This document shows positions 26,440 to 32,000 of a DNA stretch of 32,000 nucleotides, piece by piece (within the stretch, counting starts at the first letter, position 1; each line of letters begins with the position of its first letter). The translations under genes and the position numbers were made by a program. The notes beneath the pieces are model-generated. The model saw only the letters and a list, made by a program, of their open reading frames with translations. It was not told the DNA's origin and made no database searches. The stretch is from NCBI RefSeq assembly GCF_000299365.1, contig NC_018655.1:660001-692000 (forward strand), read 5' to 3'. This DNA comes from Candidatus Nitrosopumilus koreensis AR1. Its GTDB lineage: Archaea > Thermoproteota > Nitrososphaeria > Nitrososphaerales > Nitrosopumilaceae.

Positions 26440-28107
26440 ATGATTAAAAATAATGTTTTAAAATATTTTGCAATATCTGTATTACTTCTTTCATCTTTGA
26501 CTATGTTTCAAAACAATAGTAGTTTTGCAGCAACATCTCTGGATCTTGGAACATCTGCCAACTTTGGTGTCTTGGGTTCCTCAACGGTAACCAATGACCC
26601 AACATTAGGCACTGGTACAACCATCACAGGAGATCTTGGATTAAGCCCCGGTACAGCGATTACTGGCTTCTATGGTGCTAATGAAAATGGTGGTCCAGGA
26701 ATTGTAACAGGAACGACACACCAAGCTGATGCAACAGCAGCCAAAGCTCAAGCTGATGCGCTTGACGCATTTAACGAACTTGCAGCCAAGAGTTGTGACA
26801 CCTTTGCTCCTTGGCCTGGTGGAGGCGGAATAGAAATGAATGCATTAACACTTGTACCTGGAGTTTACTGTTCTACTTCATCACTTACTTTAGCAACAGG
26901 TGGAACACTTACTCTTGATGGTCCCGGAGTTTACATCTTCAAGGCTGCCAGTAAACTAACCACTTTTTCAGATTCTAATATAATCTTGACCAACGGCGCA
27001 ACAGCTGATAACGTATTTTGGTATGTAGGTACTTCTGCAACTCTTGCATCCCCAACCACAGGTTCTGGAAATACGTCTGTATTCTCAGGAACTGTAATTT
27101 CTTCAGCAGCAATCTCGCAAACCGGCGGTGACGCTGACACTCTCTTGGATATAGACGGCAGATTAATTTCACTAAACGCAGGAGTTACATTTGCATCTAC
27201 TGCGCATATCACAGTTCCAGCAGATATTACTCCACCAACTGACACCACTGACAATACAACAACTAAAACCACTGACAATACAACAACTACAACCAATGAC
27301 GATACAACAACTAAAACCCCTGACAATACAACAACTAAAACCCCTGACAATACAACAACTAAAACCCCTGACAATACAACAACTAAAACCACTGACAATA
27401 CAACAACTAAAACCACTGACAATACAACAACTAAAACCACTGACAATACAACAACTGATCCTTACAAATCTAAACAACCAGATCTTAAACTGGTATCACC
27501 TTACTTGCAAAGCAATACATTGAAGGATTTTCGTACAACACAACAAACAACTGAAACCATCACATCTTCCAGCGGAAGTTCTGGCTCTGCTGTAGGTTCT
27601 ACAACATTAGATGAAGAGTATGTTTTACCTAAGCCTGGAACTACTCCTGACTCATTTGCATATGGATTCAAAAAAGCATTTGAAGGGTTAGACTTGGCAT
27701 TTACATTTAATCAAAACGATAAAGTTGCAAAACATCTGAAATTTGCAGAACTACGACTGAGTGAAACAAATGCAGTAGTTCAAAAAGGAATGCCTGAACT
27801 AGTTAATGGTCTAACAAATGACTATGAAAAACAAGTATCTGATGCAAACAAAATTGCAGACTCTGCATCAAAAGCTGCAGACAAGGCATCTTTAACTGAA
27901 GATATAATGTCTGCATCATCCAACCATGTAGAAGTTCTAACTGAACTCAAAGATACACTTCCAGAACAAGCACAATTAAGAATCCAAGTGATAATTGATA
28001 ATTCTAAAAAAGACATTGGTATTGCAATGAAAGAACTCTCAAACTATGCTAATGCTATGGAAAAATCAAAAGAAATGAAACAAACAGCTGAAGATCGCAA
28101 ACCATAA
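26440..28107 (+). CDS. Secreted DUF3494-like ice-binding domain protein with Thr/Asp repeat linker and C-terminal helical domain
   Basis: Signal peptide; LGTSANFGVLGSSTVTNDP..TTITGDLGLSPGTAITGF...PGVYCSTSSLTL..GTLTLDGPGVYIFKAASKLTT...VFWYVGTSATL; C-terminal DUF5667-like region. Confidence 0.85.
   Translation: MIKNNVLKYFAISVLLLSSLTMFQNNSSFAATSLDLGTSANFGVLGSSTVTNDPTLGTGTTITGDLGLSPGTAITGFYGANENGGPGIVTGTTHQADATAAKAQADALDAFNELAAKSCDTFAPWPGGGGIEMNALTLVPGVYCSTSSLTLATGGTLTLDGPGVYIFKAASKLTTFSDSNIILTNGATADNVFWYVGTSATLASPTTGSGNTSVFSGTVISSAAISQTGGDADTLLDIDGRLISLNAGVTFASTAHITVPADITPPTDTTDNTTTKTTDNTTTTTNDDTTTKTPDNTTTKTPDNTTTKTPDNTTTKTTDNTTTKTTDNTTTKTTDNTTTDPYKSKQPDLKLVSPYLQSNTLKDFRTTQQTTETITSSSGSSGSAVGSTTLDEEYVLPKPGTTPDSFAYGFKKAFEGLDLAFTFNQNDKVAKHLKFAELRLSETNAVVQKGMPELVNGLTNDYEKQVSDANKIADSASKAADKASLTEDIMSASSNHVEVLTELKDTLPEQAQLRIQVIIDNSKKDIGIAMKELSNYANAMEKSKEMKQTAEDRKP
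27245..27456 (+). repeat. In-frame 24-bp tandem repeat (TDNTTTKT / PDNTTTKT)
   Basis: GACAATACAACAACTAAAACCMCT reiterated about nine times. Confidence 0.92.
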
Positions 28108-28155
28108 TCTAATTTTTAAAATTAGACTTTTCATGCATACTTGCATCCACTTTTA

Positions 28156-28275
28156 ACCCAATAATGGTGGCAGTCCCCGTGGAGTTGAATCAAACAAATT
28201 CTTTTCCCAAGAAAGGTTCAAGCCTCTAAGGATTCGTACATTGGATTAGGACTCTTTATGACTGATTGATTTGAA
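28156..28275 (+). repeat. Second dispersed repeat family copy R3
   Basis: GTCCCCGTGGAGTTGAATCAAA...TTCTTTTCCCAAGAAAGGTTCAAGCCTCTAAGGATTCGTAC...GGACTCTTTATGACTGATTGATT. Confidence 0.8.
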
Positions 28276-28285
28276 GAAATAGATA

Positions 28286-29071
28286 ATGAAAACCATTTTC
28301 TTGATAATTATTGTAGGGCTTATCATTTTATCATCTGTTATTTTTGTTGCAATTTGGAATAGTATCCCTAAAGAATGTGATGATAAATGCAAACATGAAC
28401 GGAGAGCAATAGAAGCCGGCAAAATAGTTACTGGCTCATATGAATTAGAAAAGCCATTGTGTTTGGGAGGTAGGGGCATGATATTAAATGAAGATTGTGA
28501 GATAATTGGGAAATATGATGTCTCGACAGGAATGCCAATAGTTGAAAACAAAGAACAGTATTCAATTGAAATAACTGGATTGAATAAGATTTATCGTATA
28601 GGGGAACAATATGATTTCTCATATGTCATAACAGGATATGGATATTCATGCGGTAGTAAAGACGTCACTTTTCCTGATCAAAATGGAGAACTTGTGACAA
28701 TTAGTTCAAGTGGATTATGTGCGGCAGATGTGCCTATGAAGAATTTTGTCTTTGATATTCAAAAAGAGAGAGGTACAACATACGGTCATGTTGGATTAAA
28801 AAATCCTGGAACCTATAATGTCACTGTTACTTTTGATAGACCAAGTCGGGATTCTCCAACAACTGCCATCAAAGAATTCCGTGTACCTCCACCAAATTCT
28901 TGGTATAACAATCAACTCAGAGATGCTGATCTTCAAACCGTTAAAGACAGTTGTGTAAATGACTCTCCAAAAGAAAGAATGACAAATGCATTAAGATATA
29001 CAAATGAAACTCATGTTTTTTTGAATCTAGGGTGTGAGTGGAAAAAAATTGGAAAGTTTATGGGCGAATAG
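28286..29071 (+). CDS. Membrane-anchored extracellular hypothetical protein
   Basis: N-terminal TM helix, Cys-containing ectodomain. Confidence 0.7.
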   Translation: MKTIFLIIIVGLIILSSVIFVAIWNSIPKECDDKCKHERRAIEAGKIVTGSYELEKPLCLGGRGMILNEDCEIIGKYDVSTGMPIVENKEQYSIEITGLNKIYRIGEQYDFSYVITGYGYSCGSKDVTFPDQNGELVTISSSGLCAADVPMKNFVFDIQKERGTTYGHVGLKNPGTYNVTVTFDRPSRDSPTTAIKEFRVPPPNSWYNNQLRDADLQTVKDSCVNDSPKERMTNALRYTNETHVFLNLGCEWKKIGKFMGE

Positions 29072-29074
29072 AAA

Positions 29075-29740
29075 ATGAATACGAATCTTCTTTTGGCATT
29101 ATCTGTGGTAGTGGTTGGAATAATCCTAATTTCGATAAACTATGAATCAATTTCAAATTTCTACACATATTCTGTGCCTCTAAAAGACTATACAGTATCA
29201 AAGTACTCTGATATTTCAAAAACCTTCCAAGGCATGCTTGATGATGATTCTGAATGTTTTACAACGTTAAATGGAAACCTGTTTTGTTATCTTAACCCAG
29301 TCAGATTCAATGATGATGGCTCTTCGGCATCTTTTGTAAAAGGTGAAAATGGAATAGAAGGAGAGATTCATTTTGATCCTGTTGATGTTGGTGCAACGTA
29401 TTTTCTAATGCTTGATATGACTCTGGTTTCCGATAACAAGGCAATGATTACGTTTGCAGACAAGGATTACAGAATCGGCAACAGTCAGGAAACATTCTAT
29501 GAGGTAGATGACAAGTTTGAGTTTTCTGCAACTGTTGAGAAATTTGATACGTTTATCTCGCATTGTAGCAACTATGAAGGGACAAAAATAACCATAGTGC
29601 AATACCTTGGAATCAGAGAGATTAACGGGAATGATTATTTTCTGACATGGCACACATCTGCAGACTCGGAGCAAGGGATTGCATGTGATTACCCTCAAAT
29701 TATTCAACACAGTCTTGATTATAATTTTAGGGAGTTATAG
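29075..29740 (+). CDS. Membrane-anchored extracellular hypothetical protein
   Basis: N-terminal TM helix; 3 nt after preceding stop. Confidence 0.7.
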   Translation: MNTNLLLALSVVVVGIILISINYESISNFYTYSVPLKDYTVSKYSDISKTFQGMLDDDSECFTTLNGNLFCYLNPVRFNDDGSSASFVKGENGIEGEIHFDPVDVGATYFLMLDMTLVSDNKAMITFADKDYRIGNSQETFYEVDDKFEFSATVEKFDTFISHCSNYEGTKITIVQYLGIREINGNDYFLTWHTSADSEQGIACDYPQIIQHSLDYNFREL

Positions 29741-29743
29741 AAA

Positions 29744-30496
29744 ATGAAAACTAGAAACAAAATATTACTTGGTGTAGGTATCGTTATTGCAATAATTGTA
29801 TTACTCTCTTCATTAATGGCATATTTTAACAAAAATGGAACGATTCTTGAATCCGATTACAATAATGATCCTAGTAGAGTATTAGCTCATTGTGCCCAAC
29901 AAAAATATGGTGAAGAAAATGACTGGAAAACTCCTGATGGAAAGAATTTTGCTGTGACCTCAATTGGATTATTTGCCATGAATGAAACTCATTATATTGA
30001 CAACAATCTTTGCACTTGGATAGAAAGACCTTCTGGATTAAACACTATGTTGTCTGGAGACGAATTAAAATTCTACAAGCAAAAACTAGCAAAGGATAAA
30101 GATGAATCAAAATCTTGTCCTGATGGACAAAATTACAACGAAATCCTGTTCAAATGTGTGGTTTCTTGTGAAGATGATCTAGTTTACAATGGTTATACTG
30201 ATTCATGTACTACTGAATTTGAATTAAAGTATCATGGATTCTGTGATGATGAGTTTACATATGATCCGTTATCTCATATCTGTTATTCTGATGATGGTAC
30301 TTTGCAGACTCCTCTAAAGGATCCGCCAAGAACTGCTCCTCCAGAACCTGAATGTTCAATTCAATGCTTAGTTTATGATCCTGTTTGCGGAGTAGATGGA
30401 ATTACTTATGCTTGTGGGATAGAAGATGCTGCATGTCATGGAGTTAAAGTCAAACATGATGGAGAATGTTCAGATTCAAAATTAGGCACAGAATAA
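29744..30496 (+). CDS. Membrane-anchored Kazal-type domain protein
   Basis: CSIQCLVYDPVCGVDGITYACGIEDAACHGVKVKHDGEC. Confidence 0.85.
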   Translation: MKTRNKILLGVGIVIAIIVLLSSLMAYFNKNGTILESDYNNDPSRVLAHCAQQKYGEENDWKTPDGKNFAVTSIGLFAMNETHYIDNNLCTWIERPSGLNTMLSGDELKFYKQKLAKDKDESKSCPDGQNYNEILFKCVVSCEDDLVYNGYTDSCTTEFELKYHGFCDDEFTYDPLSHICYSDDGTLQTPLKDPPRTAPPEPECSIQCLVYDPVCGVDGITYACGIEDAACHGVKVKHDGECSDSKLGTE

Positions 30497-30511
30497 GTCT
30501 AGTTGTTTAAT

Positions 30512-30573
30512 TTGCGTCCATTTCTATCCCCAATTTGGTAGTTAAGTCCCCGTGGGGTTGAATCTCAAATTAC
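30512..30573 (+). repeat. Second dispersed repeat family copy R4 (5' half)
   Basis: GCGTCCATTTCTATCCCCAATTTGGTAGTTAAGTCCCCGTGGGGTTGAATC; first 32 bp same as R2. Confidence 0.85.
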
Positions 30574-30693
30574 TTTTACAACATATTGTTAACAAAAAAA
30601 TAATTATTTAAAATGGAATGTCAATAAGCGCATTTGAATTTGCATTGCACTGTATACTGATAGATTAAGTACGAATTCTAAAATCACAAAATC

Positions 30694-30822
30694 ATGGAAC
30701 CTGTAAAAGTAAAGTTTGACTGGGATAAACCATCACTAATTGAAAACAACGGTCACAATCAAGGTGAATGGGGACAAAAACCAAAAACCAGAATAACTGC
30801 ATACAAAATGAGTTGGGAATAG
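30694..30822 (+). CDS. Microprotein (42 aa)
   Basis: MEPVKVKFDWDKPSLIENNGHNQGEWGQKPKTRITAYKMSWE, read manually. Confidence 0.4.
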   Translation: MEPVKVKFDWDKPSLIENNGHNQGEWGQKPKTRITAYKMSWE

Positions 30823-30934
30823 ATATCATTTTAGATGATTCTCTGTTCATGAAATAGAGGGTAACTGGGCAAGTTTTCTAAAAAATGAATGTCTGTGTAA
30901 ACGGATATTAGAAATAAAACAACAATACAAATGC

Positions 30935-31906
30935 GTGAATAAAACATCCTCTATTGCAGTTTTTGCTGCAGTTGTTATCTGCATTGCAGCTATAGTCGCT
31001 GTGACCCTATTTTCTGATACTTTTGTGGCTACAAATGCCGCTGATACCGTATTCTTTACGCTGCAAGGTGATGATTCTATAGGTAACCTTGATGGCAAGA
31101 CATTCCAAGCAGGACCCAAGATGACGTATGTCTCCATTTCACAGGATGGGAATCTAATCCTGGCCACAAGTAGTGGAAGTGACACTGTATTTGCATATGA
31201 TTCAGATGGAAACAAGCTAGCAGAGATTCCGGTTGGAAAAACCCCAAAGGGTGTAAAGATTCATCCAACACAGGACCTTGCCTTTGTCGCAAATGAGAAT
31301 TCTGGCACAATCAGTGTCATTGATCTTCAAACCCTAGAATCAATCAAAGATATACCTGTTGGAAAAATTCCTCACAATATTGTTTTTCATCCAAATGGTA
31401 TAACTGCATATGTTACAATTCAAGGCGGTGATGAAGTTGCAATAATTGACATTTCATCATTGACTAAAACAAATGCCATTCCTGTTGGAGCATTGCCTCA
31501 TAATCTGGACATAACTCTTGATGGCAAATTCCTGTTTGTGACCAATATTGGAACAAACGATGTTGCAGTAATTGATTTGAATAGTAATGAAATCATCAAA
31601 AGAATTCCTGTAAGTACAGGACATCATGGAATTGACATCCCTCCTTTTGGCAACAAAATCTTTGTCTCTGGAATAGGTGATGACAAGGTAAATGTGATTG
31701 ATGCATCTTCTCTTGAGTTAATCAAACAAATTCAAGTGGGAAAAGGCCCTCATGGATTAAGATCTGATCAAAATGCAAATTTTGTTTATGTCAGTGTATC
31801 TCAGACAAATGAAATTGTAGTTATTGATGTGAATAGTCTTGAGATATCAGATAGAATATCTCCTGGCAAGACTCCCTTTTGGGTTGCAATTCCAGGGAAC
31901 CCCTAG
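30935..31906 (+). CDS. Secreted YVTN-type beta-propeller repeat protein
   Basis: Signal/TM then repeated blades such as IPVGKIPHNIVFHPNGITAYVT...VAIIDIS and VGKGPHGLRSDQNANFVYVS...IVVIDVN. Confidence 0.9.
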   Translation: MNKTSSIAVFAAVVICIAAIVAVTLFSDTFVATNAADTVFFTLQGDDSIGNLDGKTFQAGPKMTYVSISQDGNLILATSSGSDTVFAYDSDGNKLAEIPVGKTPKGVKIHPTQDLAFVANENSGTISVIDLQTLESIKDIPVGKIPHNIVFHPNGITAYVTIQGGDEVAIIDISSLTKTNAIPVGALPHNLDITLDGKFLFVTNIGTNDVAVIDLNSNEIIKRIPVSTGHHGIDIPPFGNKIFVSGIGDDKVNVIDASSLELIKQIQVGKGPHGLRSDQNANFVYVSVSQTNEIVVIDVNSLEISDRISPGKTPFWVAIPGNP

Positions 31907-32000
31907 TTTACAATCTTTGTAACGAATTTAACCTAGCCACGATTACATTTACTAAAATATGAAATTCATACTATTACTAGTATGATTGTATAGAAAGATC

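Noticed and set aside
27172-27523. Long ORFs antisense or shifted across the 24-bp repeat (VVLVVVLS..., CCIVSGFS..., QLKPLTIQ...)
   Set aside because: Repeat-driven open frames lacking plausible starts or composition; the 555-aa secreted protein explains the region.
30847-31310. Minus-strand ORFs over the start of the beta-propeller gene
   Set aside because: Shadow ORFs; plus-strand gene has clear signal peptide and repeats.

Overview
Archaeal window. Protein families, TATA/AT-rich small intergenic regions and small Zn-ribbon ORFs look most like a marine or soil ammonia-oxidising thaumarchaeon (Nitrosopumilus/Nitrosarchaeum-like); this is inference, with no database search. Left edge (1-3420): accessory module with a family B DNA polymerase of viral/protein-primed type and a Schlafen/AlbA_2 protein, possibly the end of a casposon or provirus. 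Middle: ordinary genes (Zn-ferredoxin, cupin, UbiA-like membrane protein, UbiE-like methyltransferase, pirin, DUF922-like protease, CDC48 AAA+ ATPase, DedA-like, nucleotidyltransferase). Right (25.5-32 kb): cell-surface genes, including a DUF3494-like ice-binding domain protein with a 24-bp-repeat Thr/Asp linker, a three-gene operon ending in a Kazal-domain protein, and a YVTN-type beta-propeller. Patterns not explained by the genes: (1) a ~60 bp near-identical upstream box shared by four loci (4.3, 14.3, 14.8, 16.1 kb), mostly driving microproteins; (2) a hairpin-containing dispersed element at 3.5, 7.3 and 9.1 kb whose loop is inverted in one copy; (3) a second dispersed repeat at 12.6, 25.5, 28.2 and 30.5 kb whose last three copies frame the surface-protein genes; (4) about a dozen Cys-rich microprotein ORFs, most absent from the ORF track; (5) an in-frame 12-bp (MTDT) tandem repeat; (6) two truncated secreted-protein fragments (fn3-like and cupredoxin-like). 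No tRNA, rRNA or CRISPR array was recognised.
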